A DNA stretch of 60,258 nt from Patescibacteria group bacterium (lineage in GTDB: Bacteria; Patescibacteriota; Minisyncoccia; UBA6257; GWB1-50-10), in NCBI GenBank assembly GCA_023474215.1, contig JAMCYI010000004.1:1-60258 (forward strand), in the 5' to 3' direction. Both the position numbers and the translations under genes were made by a program. Positions 45,072-54,522 of the stretch are shown here, in pieces; position 1 is the stretch's first letter, and each line of letters begins with the position of its first letter. Below the pieces are notes generated by a model, which ran no database searches, was not told where the DNA came from, and was given only the letters and a program-made list of their open reading frames with translations.

Positions 45072-45180
45072 GTGCGCCCACGAGGAATTGAACGTCGCTT
45101 TGCTCCCTAACACCTTGCGGTTTTAGTATTTCCACCACGGGGAAACTCCCGTTTCCCCGACCCCCTTCCCGTTCAATTCA
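45072..45180 (-). mobile_element. tRNA-anchored miniature element (Arg-CCG copy)
   Basis: tRNA-sense: gaattgaac (antisense T-loop), gggaagggggtcggggaaacgggagtttcccc, aaaaccgcaaggtgttagggagc-aaa-gcgacg, then copy ttcaattcctcgtgggcgcac. Confidence 0.82.
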
Positions 45181-45181
45181 G

Positions 45182-45253
45182 TGCGCCCACGAGGAATTGA
45201 ACCTCGATTTTATCCTTCGGAGGGATACGCTCTATCCGTTGAGCTATGGGCGC
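45182..45253 (-). tRNA. tRNA-Arg(CCG)
   Basis: GCGCCCA TA GCTC AACGGATA GAGC G TATCC CT CCG AA GGATA AAAT CGAGG TTCAATT CCTCG TGGGCGC A. Confidence 0.95.
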
Positions 45254-46553
45254 TCACACCCATGATGATACCGAGGGTTAACCAAAACATCAACTGGCCG
45301 GACTCCAAATCCCAAAAAAAGTGGTCCACCATCCCAAAAGCAAGCCACGAAACGCCGAGAACGAGCGGAAAGAAAAGATTTAAACCCTGCTCGCTCTTCC
45401 GCTCTTTCCAAAACTCTTTTGCTGCGGGCCAAAAAACACTCCACAGAAACCCGACGAACAAAGCGAGCCCAACGAGACCCGTTTCCGATGCAATAAGGAG
45501 ATAGAGATTGTGCGCCGGCTGCCACTGCCAGCTCGAATGCATGCCTTGGCCTTGATACAATCCCGCCGTAAGGCCGGCAAGAACTTCGTTGCCGACACCG
45601 ACGCCGAAAATCGGATGCGATCGGATGAGATCGAACGCTATCAGCCCGTAATCGACCCGATATGTCACCGAGGGTTCGGTAAGAGAAACGCTGTCCCGCG
45701 CCGTGGCAAGCCCCTTGAAACCGAACGCGGAAAAGACGACGAAAAGGAGGAGGATGCCGATCAAAAAGAGCGACCGCCGCCTCAAAAAAGCCTCGGAAAG
45801 CCCGTAGACGATCGTCGTCCCAACGGCGAAAACAAAAACGGCAAGCCCCGACCGGGAAAAAGTAAGGAGGATCGCCGAAAGAATGAGAAAAAGAGCGGCG
45901 ACGATCCCGAGCCTTTTCAACGCATCCCGCTTCTCATCGCCAGTCCTCGAAAAAACAAAGAGGAGTGCGACAAATCCAAAAACCAAGAATCCCGCAAGAA
46001 TGTTCGCATGCGGCATCGTGCCGTAGATCCGCAAAAAATCGCCGAAGGCGGTCGAGGCCCGCGCAACCCCTTCCGTCATGGGGCCGAGAACGGATTCGCC
46101 GAGAATGCGAAGGCCCACGCTCGCTTGATCCCTGAATTGCAGAAGGCCGACGACAGCTTCGGCGACGGCGGAACACCCAAGAACCAAGAAAGTATTTTTC
46201 AAGTTTAAAAAACCGTCGCTCATCATGCGGGCAATAATAAGAGCGAAAAGAGCGAAAAGAGCGAGATGAAAAAACGCGTAAACGGCCAAACCGAAACTCA
46301 AGGAGAAAAAGACGGAAACAAGGGCGGCAGCGAGGAACGACAGAAGCCACCACGCCCGCCGATCGAGCGATATTTTTCTCAAATTCAGGACGACAAAAAG
46401 CAAAACAATGATATCGAGGCCGTACAGGAAGAATGAACCGTAGGAAATCGGGATCTTGAACGGCTCGGGAAAGGAAGTGATGAACTTTTTGGTTCCGATT
46501 GGAACCAAAAAAACCAAGAGATAAAACAGCAACTTGTTCAGCGAATTTTTCAT
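45210..46553 (-). CDS. O-antigen ligase-family membrane protein
   Basis: Multi-TM; RIYGTMPHANILAG, TFSRSG, P..GVG.GN, PAHN.YL....ETG. Start placed at MKNSL. Confidence 0.85.
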   Translation of the reverse strand: MKNSLNKLLFYLLVFLVPIGTKKFITSFPEPFKIPISYGSFFLYGLDIIVLLFVVLNLRKISLDRRAWWLLSFLAAALVSVFFSLSFGLAVYAFFHLALFALFALIIARMMSDGFLNLKNTFLVLGCSAVAEAVVGLLQFRDQASVGLRILGESVLGPMTEGVARASTAFGDFLRIYGTMPHANILAGFLVFGFVALLFVFSRTGDEKRDALKRLGIVAALFLILSAILLTFSRSGLAVFVFAVGTTIVYGLSEAFLRRRSLFLIGILLLFVVFSAFGFKGLATARDSVSLTEPSVTYRVDYGLIAFDLIRSHPIFGVGVGNEVLAGLTAGLYQGQGMHSSWQWQPAHNLYLLIASETGLVGLALFVGFLWSVFWPAAKEFWKERKSEQGLNLFFPLVLGVSWLAFGMVDHFFWDLESGQLMFWLTLGIIMGVSAHSSTDRAYPSEG

Positions 46554-46582
46554 TCGTTTTAAGAATACCAGATCCATCGGCC

Positions 46583-46852
46583 TTACATCACGTACACCCG
46601 GTCCCCTTCTCGAACCTTGTCCTTTACCTTGATGCCTATTTCATCCCCCGGTCCGGCCTCGCGCACGGATTCATGCTCGATCTGGATGGATTGCACAACG
46701 TCGTCGAAATCGGTTGTTGCGCCGACGAATCGCACGGCATCGCCGACCTTGACCGGCTTCACGAGTTTCATGGCGGCAACACCGACATGGCCAAAGTAAT
46801 GCGTTACGATACCGACCATGACGGCCTTTCCGGCATCTTGGGAATTTGGCAT
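46583..46852 (-). CDS. Small translation-elongation-factor-like beta-barrel protein
   Basis: VG.VTHYF.H.GVAA, L.VGD.V.F.G.TTDF...V.SIQIEH.....A.PGDEIGIKV...VREGD.VY. Confidence 0.75.
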   Translation of the reverse strand: MPNSQDAGKAVMVGIVTHYFGHVGVAAMKLVKPVKVGDAVRFVGATTDFDDVVQSIQIEHESVREAGPGDEIGIKVKDKVREGDRVYVM

Positions 46853-46890
46853 AGTATTTTCGCCTTTCTTACCCGACCTTTCCCGATAAC

Positions 46891-47544
46891 TTAAAGAATT
46901 TTTCCGTGAATGCCGTCTCTCTTCTCTTCAATCTCCACCAACTTCATCACTTGATCCAAAAGTTTCGAGGGATCGTTCGAAAAAACGACATTTGACGATC
47001 CGCGGTGGGCCTTTTCAAGGATTTCCCGGAGCATGTCGGCCGTTCCGCCGGTACCTTCCAAAACGCCGATCGGCTTATGATCTTCAAAGCCAATGGTAAA
47101 TTCGTTCAAGGTCCCCATCCTTCCGCAAATAGTGATGATGGCATCAGCCGATCTCGTCAAGAGCAAATTCCGCCCCGAGTAATCAAAGCCGGTATAGACA
47201 ATAAGGTCGTGATAATCGAGCGGTAAATGGTACGTCTTCACGTGAGCAAGCTTTGAAACCGCCGGCGAAAGTCCGATCACAATGCCGCCGGCTTCCTTCG
47301 CGCCTTTTGCCGCCCAGTACGGCATTCCCGTCGTTGCACCCGTCACGAGAATCAAATCGCGTTTCGCGATCTCCCGGCCGATGGCCTCGGCCTTCTCAAA
47401 TGAATCTTTCGAACAGTGTCCGGTTTCGGCGGCGCCGGAAACGCAAATTTTATATTTCAAATGATAGGTATGGTTGTGATTTTCGAATCTTCCCAATCCA
47501 TCCTTTTTCCCTTGTTCTTTTTCCTTCGATTTTTTGATAGGCAT
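46891..47544 (-). CDS. LOG/SLOG-family nucleotide-binding protein
   Basis: VTGATTGMP, AKEAGG.VIGLSP, GRN..L.RSADA.I...G..GTL.E. Start placed at MPIKK. Confidence 0.85.
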   Translation of the reverse strand: MPIKKSKEKEQGKKDGLGRFENHNHTYHLKYKICVSGAAETGHCSKDSFEKAEAIGREIAKRDLILVTGATTGMPYWAAKGAKEAGGIVIGLSPAVSKLAHVKTYHLPLDYHDLIVYTGFDYSGRNLLLTRSADAIITICGRMGTLNEFTIGFEDHKPIGVLEGTGGTADMLREILEKAHRGSSNVVFSNDPSKLLDQVMKLVEIEEKRDGIHGKIL

Positions 47545-47551
47545 ACTCGAA

Positions 47552-48907
47552 TTATAACAGCACCGAATCCCCCCGTGAAGGAGCGAGGACGTCGAGGGAA
47601 AATTTTTCCTTGATCTTTTCCGCAAGGACGTCGGAAGCATTCCCGTCGCCTTGGACCACAAAGACCTTTTTCACACCCTTCCCCAACCGAAAAACCCAAT
47701 CGAGGAGCTGGCTTTGGTCGGCGTGAGCCGAATAACCGCTGATCGAAAGGATCGTCGCCTTTACCTCGACGGCCTGGCCGAGGATCTCGACGCGGCGTTC
47801 TCCATCCAAAAGCCTCCGCCCCAAGGAATTCACCGATTGATACCCGACAATAAGGAGCGTGCTCCGAGGATCGGAAAGATAACGGACCTCATGGTGTAAA
47901 ATCCTTCCGCCATTCGACATCCCGGCGCCGGCTATCACGATCTTGGGCGGCTGGACATCGTTGATCTTTTTTGACTCTTCTTTCGTAAGCGTCGTCGTAA
48001 GGCCGGGAAAATCAAAAATATTTTCGCCCGACCGCACCACATCAATGAAGCCTTCGTTGAAATACAACGGGTTTTGGGAATACTTCCGATAGACATCCGT
48101 AAGCTTGATGGCAAGAGGGCTGTCGACAAAAACCGGCACGGCGGGGATTTCTTTCTTCTCGACCATGTCATTCAACTCGAAGAGCATCTCTTGGGTCCGC
48201 TCGAGAGCGAAAGCTGGGATCATAAGGACGCCTCCTCGGCGGACGGAACCTTGAACATCTTCCCGCAATATCTCTTTCCGCTTATCTAAATCCTCATGGA
48301 TCCGGTCGCCGTATGCGGACTCCACAAGCGCATAATCGGCATCCATCGGATACTCCGTCCCCGTAATAAGGGGTGACGGATTGTTCCCGAGGTCGCCGGA
48401 AAAGACGATCTTTTTCCCCTCAACCGACACCACAAGCGAAGACGAACCTAAAATGTGGCCCGCATTGAAAAATTCCACTGAAAACGGCCCGACCGCGACC
48501 GTTTTATGATATGCAAATCCTTGCCACAGGCCGAGCGTCCGATCGATATCATCGCCGTCGTAGAGCGGCTGATGGCCCCTTTTTACCGCTTCTTCACCGA
48601 ACAAATGCGCCGTATCTTCAAGCATGGGCAAAGCAAAATCATTGGTCGGCTCCGTTGAATAAATTGCCCCGCGAAAACCATCCTTCACAAGCTTAGGAAG
48701 ACGACCGATGTGATCGATGTGGGCATGCGTCACAAAAACCGCCTGCACCTCGCGCGGATTATACGGGAACTGCTCATAATTCAAATCTTCGCAAAAGCTT
48801 TCCCCTTGATTCAATCCGCAATCGACGAGGATCTTCGTATCACCGGATTCCAAAAGATAATTGGAGCCGGTGACGATCTTGGCCCCGCCGCAAAAAGTAA
48901 GCTTCAT
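47552..48907 (-). CDS. MBL-fold beta-CASP RNA-processing nuclease family
   Basis: GGA..VTGSNYL, VDCG, THAHIDHIGRLP, NAGHILGS, FSGDLG, ES.YGDR.H, AGM.NGGRI.HH, SAHAD. Confidence 0.9.
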   Translation of the reverse strand: MKLTFCGGAKIVTGSNYLLESGDTKILVDCGLNQGESFCEDLNYEQFPYNPREVQAVFVTHAHIDHIGRLPKLVKDGFRGAIYSTEPTNDFALPMLEDTAHLFGEEAVKRGHQPLYDGDDIDRTLGLWQGFAYHKTVAVGPFSVEFFNAGHILGSSSLVVSVEGKKIVFSGDLGNNPSPLITGTEYPMDADYALVESAYGDRIHEDLDKRKEILREDVQGSVRRGGVLMIPAFALERTQEMLFELNDMVEKKEIPAVPVFVDSPLAIKLTDVYRKYSQNPLYFNEGFIDVVRSGENIFDFPGLTTTLTKEESKKINDVQPPKIVIAGAGMSNGGRILHHEVRYLSDPRSTLLIVGYQSVNSLGRRLLDGERRVEILGQAVEVKATILSISGYSAHADQSQLLDWVFRLGKGVKKVFVVQGDGNASDVLAEKIKEKFSLDVLAPSRGDSVLL

Positions 48908-48914
48908 CCCGCCA

Positions 48915-50198
48915 TTATACCCCGCTTTGCTCGTTCGCAAAACGTTCGGCGACAAGCTCCTTTACGATTTCCCTCTCATTCCACGGAATCGTCCTCTTTT
49001 TTGCAATATGAATAGAAGACTCGCTTCCCTTTCCGGTTGCAACGACAACGTCCCCCGGCAAAGCCCCATAGAGAGCTTTTCGGAGAGCTTCACGGCGATC
49101 GAGGACCTTCCAGTAGTTCTTTGAAATTTGGAACTTGGAATTTGGGGTTTGCAAAAGTCCGGCCTCTATCTCATGTATGATGGCTTCCGGGTCTTCGTCG
49201 TAAGGATCTTCGTCGGTCAAAATAACTTCGTCGCAGAATTTTGCGGCGATGCCGCCCATAACCTTCCGCTTCCACTTATCCCGCCCGCCGCCGGCGGAAC
49301 CAAGAACACAGATCAATTTTCCACCGGATTCTTCGGCGAACGAGCTTTGCGCAGCCGAATAAATCTTCTCGAGCGAGTCCGGAGTGTGGGCATAATCGAC
49401 GATCGCCGCGAATGGTTCCTTTATCACAAGATCAAACCGCCCCGGCGTTCCGGCGAATTCCCGAAAGGCCTTTTGGACCGCCGCAAGCGGCACGCCGCGA
49501 ACGGTCGCAAACCGGAGGGCGGCGGCAGCATTTAAAATGTTGAAATCGGGCATAAGCCAATCGGCGATCGCCCGGCGGCCGGAAGCAGTCTTAAGATCCC
49601 ATCCCCACGACTCCGCTTCACGGACGAAATATTGCCTGTCAAACGGAAAGATTTCGGCATCGGGAGCGCCTTCGACGGCGCGGATGAAATAATCCTTGTT
49701 TTCATCTTCGGCGTTCACAAAAAACTGCTTTGGCCTTTTGCGTGACCGAAGGACATCTTGAAAAAATCTGACCTTGGCCGCCCGATAATTCTCGAACGAA
49801 CCGTGCGATTCGATATGTTCGGGAGAAAGGTTCATAAAAAATGCCGCATCCCAATCGATGAACCGATCGCGCCACTGAACGACGCCCTGTGAAGTGACTT
49901 CCACAAAGGCATATTCGGCACCCGCGCGGACCGCATCCCTCAAGAAGCGCTGAATGAAAAACCTACCCGGCATGGTATTGCCCGAGACCTTTTTTGTTTC
50001 AGAGCCGACGATCCGCCGCTTCACGGAAGAAAGAAGGGCTGTTTTTTTTCCAGCCGATTCCAGAACGGCATTCAAAAGTTCGAGCGTGCTCGATTTTCCC
50101 TTTGTGCCGGTAACGCCGATGACCGTGAGATGCCGGCTCGGCCGGCCGTATATGACATTTCCGAGAAACGCCAGCAAAAAATGATAAATTTTCCTCAT
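48915..50198 (-). CDS. murE: UDP-N-acetylmuramoyl-tripeptide synthetase (MurE family)
   Basis: GVTGTKGKSST, EVTSQG, NLSPEHIESHGSFENY..AK, GRF, VDYAHTPDSL, GGGRDKWKR..MG, DEDPYDEDP, GKGSE. Confidence 0.88.
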   Translation of the reverse strand: MRKIYHFLLAFLGNVIYGRPSRHLTVIGVTGTKGKSSTLELLNAVLESAGKKTALLSSVKRRIVGSETKKVSGNTMPGRFFIQRFLRDAVRAGAEYAFVEVTSQGVVQWRDRFIDWDAAFFMNLSPEHIESHGSFENYRAAKVRFFQDVLRSRKRPKQFFVNAEDENKDYFIRAVEGAPDAEIFPFDRQYFVREAESWGWDLKTASGRRAIADWLMPDFNILNAAAALRFATVRGVPLAAVQKAFREFAGTPGRFDLVIKEPFAAIVDYAHTPDSLEKIYSAAQSSFAEESGGKLICVLGSAGGGRDKWKRKVMGGIAAKFCDEVILTDEDPYDEDPEAIIHEIEAGLLQTPNSKFQISKNYWKVLDRREALRKALYGALPGDVVVATGKGSESSIHIAKKRTIPWNEREIVKELVAERFANEQSGV

Positions 50199-50779
50199 TT
50201 TTTTTCACCCAACACCTTCAGGGCGCCCCGGAGCTTTTCTTCAACGCCCGCATTGGGAACGTCGTTCATCGCGGAAAGCACCCCTTTTACCGTACGCCGG
50301 TCATATCCCAATCCCACGAGAGCATCTTCAACCTCGACGTTCACTTCGGTCGCCTTATCGAGCCCCTTCACCTCAGAAACGTTGATCTTATTCTGAAGTT
50401 CCAAGATGATCCGTTCCGCGGTCTTCTTTCCAATGCCCGGGGCGCGCGACAAGACGTCGGCTTTTTTACCGACGATCGCCGCCATGACATTGGGGAACGA
50501 GTCCAGGTCAAGAATGAGAAGCGCCGTCCGGGGGCCGACGCCGGAGACCGTGATGAGCATCTCGAAGAATTTCAGCTCCCCTTCGTTGAGAAAACCGTAA
50601 AGCTCCAGCGCATCCTCTTTGACGTGGAGGTGCGAGTAGACAAAGACCTCTTCGCCCCTCGGCGGGAGCTTGTACAACGTTTCAGCATTGGAGGATACCT
50701 TGAACCCGACGCCGCCGACGTCAATAACAAAGAAGTTTTCCTTCTTTTCGACAATCTTTCCGGAAAGCGAGTATATCAT
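50195..50779 (-). CDS. ruvA: Holliday junction branch migration protein RuvA
   Basis: DVGGVGF.V, Y.HLHVKEDALELYGF, ITVSGVGPR.A, PGIGKKTAERIILEL. Confidence 0.95.
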   Translation of the reverse strand: MIYSLSGKIVEKKENFFVIDVGGVGFKVSSNAETLYKLPPRGEEVFVYSHLHVKEDALELYGFLNEGELKFFEMLITVSGVGPRTALLILDLDSFPNVMAAIVGKKADVLSRAPGIGKKTAERIILELQNKINVSEVKGLDKATEVNVEVEDALVGLGYDRRTVKGVLSAMNDVPNAGVEEKLRGALKVLGEKK

Positions 50780-50789
50780 CACCAATCAT

Positions 50790-50919
50790 TATACCCTCTC
50801 CGAAATCCAAAGCCCAAATGACAAATGTCAAATCAATATCAAGGCTCAAATTTCAAATTTTGACATTCGGCTGTTTGGATTTAATTTGATATTTGGAATT
50901 TGGATTTTGAAATTGACAT
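50790..50919. repeat. Inverted heptamer-repeat element (CAAAT/ATTTG flavour) ending in the rpsT -35 box
   Basis: cgaaatccaaagcccaaatgacaaatgtcaaatc ... ttggatttaatttgatatttggaatttggattttgaaattgaca; TTGACA-N17-TACTAT follows. Confidence 0.75.
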
Positions 50920-50953
50920 ATCCCCCCGCAAAAGGTACTATATATCTACTTAT

Positions 50954-51229
50954 ATGCCTATCACGAAATCAGCAAAAAAGGCGCTCCGAAAAAGCTCCCG
51001 AAGGCGCGAAATGAACCTCGGAAGAAAGAAAAAAATGAGATCCGAGATCAACGCTTTCAAAAAGCTCGTCGACGCCGGAAAATTTGACGAAGCAAAGAAG
51101 GCTCTCCCGACCGTCTATCAAGCCCTCGATAAAATGTCCAAGGTTAAATTCATCAAAAAAGGGAGGGCAAATCGGCTGAAATCGAGGCTTTCCCAAAAAC
51201 TCAATTCAGCTCAAAACAAAGTCAAGTAA
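50954..51229 (+). CDS. rpsT: 30S ribosomal protein S20
   Basis: MPITKSAKKALRKS.RR...N...K..MRS.I, LDKM.K...IKK.RANRLKSRL. Confidence 0.95.
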   Translation: MPITKSAKKALRKSSRRREMNLGRKKKMRSEINAFKKLVDAGKFDEAKKALPTVYQALDKMSKVKFIKKGRANRLKSRLSQKLNSAQNKVK

Positions 51230-52009
51230 CGCTTCCGGGAGGTCCAATTTCCCGCTTTTTACCGAAACATCGTACGCCGCAAGGCGTGCGATTTCTTTTC
51301 CGGCTGCCTGGAGCGCCAGCGAATTGAAGATATGGCCGGAGTCGGCGCCTTCCAAAAACAGCTTTTCAAGAAAGACAATCTTTTCCGTCCATCGTCCCGC
51401 TCCAATGATCCTCCGCGAAAGCGTCCACACCTCGTCGAAGTTCGGAAACGAAGAAATCTTGTTCAAATCCTCCAAGGAGACGGTCTTTTTGCCGAGAAAT
51501 CCGGCTTTTTCTATTTCGCTCGCTGCAATCCAACTCCTCCCTTCTTTTTTGCCGGCCAAGTAATCGAGGAAAAACGAAAGGGCGTCGGGGGAAAAAGAAA
51601 ACCCTCTCTTTTCCGTCTCATCCGACACGAACGAAGAAAGGCTTCGCCCCGCGAGCTCCTCAAACTCGTAGGACGTGACGGGTTTTTCAAGAAGAAAGCC
51701 GAACGCCTTCAGCGGCTTTCCCCGATCCAAAACAAAAAGATGAACCGAAGGATCGGCAGCCTCTTCTTTTAAAAATTTTATCCATTCCTTGTCCGCAAGC
51801 GACCCGCCTTCTTCCACGGTCGCGATCTTCAATCCGCCGAAGATCGATTGTTGCCGGCAAAAATCCTTTACCCCCCTCCACGCATCGGGATTTTCTTCCA
51901 CGTCGGCATCCATCCGCTCGCTTATTTCCCCTTCTTCAAGACGACCAATGAGTTCCGCAAATTTCGCGTTTCGCCGCAGTGAATCGGGGCCGAATAAATA
52001 CGTGATCAT
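51206..52009 (-). CDS. holA: DNA polymerase III delta subunit (HolA-like)
   Basis: MITYLFGPDS.RR, ..S.F...K.A.., AS.EIEK; divergent. Start placed at MITYL. Confidence 0.65.
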   Translation of the reverse strand: MITYLFGPDSLRRNAKFAELIGRLEEGEISERMDADVEENPDAWRGVKDFCRQQSIFGGLKIATVEEGGSLADKEWIKFLKEEAADPSVHLFVLDRGKPLKAFGFLLEKPVTSYEFEELAGRSLSSFVSDETEKRGFSFSPDALSFFLDYLAGKKEGRSWIAASEIEKAGFLGKKTVSLEDLNKISSFPNFDEVWTLSRRIIGAGRWTEKIVFLEKLFLEGADSGHIFNSLALQAAGKEIARLAAYDVSVKSGKLDLPEALLDFVLS

Positions 52010-52080
52010 CTCTTTTTCATAATTGTACAACAAAAAACGGCGTATCCCACAAGGGCAGGATACGCCGCTCGACACACGTC

Positions 52081-52503
52081 TTACTGGGTGGATGCCCAAA
52101 GTCTTCCTTGGCTCAAATGAACCGTCCAGATCCTCGTCGGGGGGTTATAAGAATTTCCCGTAAAGACCTGGGAAACGCTCTGGTAAGACCCCCGGACTTG
52201 GGCCGTGATGGACATTTGTGGATACTGGGTATAATCCCAGTAAAAGAACCACGATCCGCCCGGAGGAACATCGTTGGCATAAAATTCATCTCCCCACCGG
52301 CCCGCTTGGCGAAAATCGATGGCAACGCCGGTGTTATTAATGCATCGTATACCGCCGAACGTGATGGGGAACCCGCCTTTTTGGATTACCTTCCCCTGCC
52401 CCACGTCGACGACGGTCAACTGAAGGGGATAAAAAGCCATGCATCCGCCAAACACTGCCGCGAATGCCAGGACGGCGGCAAACATTCCTATTCTCGTTTT
52501 CAT
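52081..52503 (-). CDS. Putative lipoprotein, unknown function
   Basis: MKTRIGMFAAVLAFAAVFGGC lipobox-like signal; beta-rich aromatic body. Confidence 0.65.
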   Translation of the reverse strand: MKTRIGMFAAVLAFAAVFGGCMAFYPLQLTVVDVGQGKVIQKGGFPITFGGIRCINNTGVAIDFRQAGRWGDEFYANDVPPGGSWFFYWDYTQYPQMSITAQVRGSYQSVSQVFTGNSYNPPTRIWTVHLSQGRLWASTQ

Positions 52504-52657
52504 TTTATACCTCCACCGATCTACATCGGCATTTTATTTCAGAAACTCTGTGTTATTTAAAACTTTATGTGCTGTCTTTATGTTGCGATTATACATCTTT
52601 TTTGAAAAAACGTCAATAATCGTTACGAATCACCAAAATTACGCTATAATGCAACCA

Positions 52658-54325
52658 ATGCTTCAATCGAAAAAAGACGTGGAAGAGGCCCTCCAAAGAC
52701 AGCGGCGCGAAGCGGAGGAAAACGACGCCAAGCGGCGGGCTGCGGAACGCGGATTCCCCTACCTCGACCTCATATCGGCAAAGGCGCCGACCGAAATCCA
52801 AGCCATGTCCCTCGTTCCGGAAAACGAGGCGCGGGAAGCGCTTCTCGCACCCCTCCAAATTTCGAGAAAGAAGCTTCGCGTGGCCGTCTTCGACCCCGAA
52901 CTCCCAAAGACAAAAGAGCTTCTCGAAAAACTCAAGGAAGCCCATGAGGTTTCCGCGAACGTCTCGTCGATGACGAGCCTCGCCCACGCGTGGAGCTACT
53001 ACCGGTACGTGGTCCCCGAAAAAGAGATCACCGGCAAGGTGGACATCAATGAAAAGACGCTGAATGAATTGAGGGAAAAAATAAAGAGCTTGGAAAACCT
53101 GAACGCGGAACTTGCCGGATTTTCGAGCCCTTACCTTTCACAGGTCCTTGAGATCATTCTCTCGGGAGCGATCGCGCTCGGCGCTTCCGACATCCACCTC
53201 GAACCGACGGAAGAACACGGGACTCTCCGGCTCCGCATCGACGGCCTTCTTCATACCGCGTACGACAAGTTCAACCTCATGATGTATCGATCGATCGTCA
53301 CGAGGATCAAGCTGCTTTCAAGCCTGAAGCTCAATGTTTCGAACGAACCGCAGGATGGACGGTTCACTATCGGCCTTTCCGACCGCAACATCGAAATCAG
53401 AACCTCCATTATCCCCTCCGACTACGGGGAAACGGTGGTACTCCGGCTCCTGGACCCGAAAGCGCTCAAGGTCAACCTCGAGGAATTAGGGTGGCGGCCC
53501 GACGATCTCGCGATCGTTTACGATGAAATCAAAAAACCGAACGGCCTCATTTTAAATACCGGCCCGACCGGATCGGGAAAAACAACGACGCTCTATGCGT
53601 TCCTCCGGAAGGTCTTCAAGCCCGAAATGAAAATCATCACCGTCGAAGATCCGATCGAATACCATCTGCCGGGCATCTCCCAAACACAAGTTGATGCGGC
53701 TGCCGGGTATACGTTCGCTTCCGGCCTCCGATCTATCTTGCGACAAGACCCGAACGTCATCCTGGTCGGCGAGATCAGGGACAAAGAAACGGCCGACATC
53801 GCCCTCAACGCTTCTTTGACCGGCCACTTGGTCTTTTCAACACTCCACACGAACGATGCCGTCGGCGCCATTCCCCGCCTTATCGATCTCGGGGTGCCAA
53901 CGAACATCTTGGGGCCGTCTCTCAGCCTCATTATCGCGCAGAGGCTTGTACGGGTTCTCTGCAATGCATGCAAAACGGAAGTCAAACCAGATGAAGCCTT
54001 GAAAAACAAAATACAATCGTTTTTAAACGCCATTCCGAAAAGGGTGGACAGGTCCCCCTACGCGGACTACAAGATCTACGAAAGCCGCGGGTGCGACCAA
54101 TGCGGGCACATCGGCTATAAAGGAAGGACGTCGATCTTCGAACTCTTTTCCGTGGACGAATCGGTCGAAGGAGCGATCTACAAAAACCCGACCGAAATGG
54201 AATTGAAAAAACTCGCGAAGGACAACGGCATGGTCACCATGCAAGAAGACGGCGTTTTGAAGGTGCTGCGCGGCACGACAAGTTTTTCGGAAGTCGAACG
54301 ATTGACCGGACCGATCGCGTGGTAG
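52658..54325 (+). CDS. pilB: GspE/PilB-family type IV pilus assembly ATPase
   Basis: ASDIHLEP, RLRIDG, PQDGRF, GE.VVLRLL, GPTGSGKTTTLY, TVEDPIEY, LRQDPNVILVGEIRD, TGHLVFSTLHTN, C..C motifs. Start placed at MLQSK. Confidence 0.9.
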   Translation: MLQSKKDVEEALQRQRREAEENDAKRRAAERGFPYLDLISAKAPTEIQAMSLVPENEAREALLAPLQISRKKLRVAVFDPELPKTKELLEKLKEAHEVSANVSSMTSLAHAWSYYRYVVPEKEITGKVDINEKTLNELREKIKSLENLNAELAGFSSPYLSQVLEIILSGAIALGASDIHLEPTEEHGTLRLRIDGLLHTAYDKFNLMMYRSIVTRIKLLSSLKLNVSNEPQDGRFTIGLSDRNIEIRTSIIPSDYGETVVLRLLDPKALKVNLEELGWRPDDLAIVYDEIKKPNGLILNTGPTGSGKTTTLYAFLRKVFKPEMKIITVEDPIEYHLPGISQTQVDAAAGYTFASGLRSILRQDPNVILVGEIRDKETADIALNASLTGHLVFSTLHTNDAVGAIPRLIDLGVPTNILGPSLSLIIAQRLVRVLCNACKTEVKPDEALKNKIQSFLNAIPKRVDRSPYADYKIYESRGCDQCGHIGYKGRTSIFELFSVDESVEGAIYKNPTEMELKKLAKDNGMVTMQEDGVLKVLRGTTSFSEVERLTGPIAW

Positions 54326-54344
54326 ACAAACTCCCGAACGGCGA

Positions 54345-54522
54345 AATAAAATTCCCCGAGCACGTACATGCTCGGGGAATTTCTTCTCGCTGATGAAAGG
54401 TCTGTGGGCATAATGCCGTAAGGAGAGGCTTTATTAAGATTCGCTCGAGGAGGTGCCCAGCCGGAACCAAGCAGTCCGAAATCTGGAGCAAATCTCCTGC
54501 CCACAGGCCTCTCATCAGTGAC
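54345..54522 (-). ncRNA. Candidate standalone structured ncRNA (6S-like size)
   Basis: Minus-strand promoter TTGACA(54558-54553)-N17-TAATAT(54535-54530); long closing stem ctgatga.aggYctgtgggca / tgcccacagRcct.tcatcag; terminator at 54349-54382. Confidence 0.55.
54349..54382. terminator. Perfect 14-bp hairpin, bidirectional terminator candidate
   Basis: aaattccccgagca-cgtaca-tgctcggggaattt. Confidence 0.75.

Noticed and set aside
54455-54480. SRP (4.5S) RNA suggested by CAG-CCGGAA-CCAAGCAG
   Set aside because: The bases flanking GGAA cannot pair (CC/CC), and the promoter and terminator point to the opposite strand.
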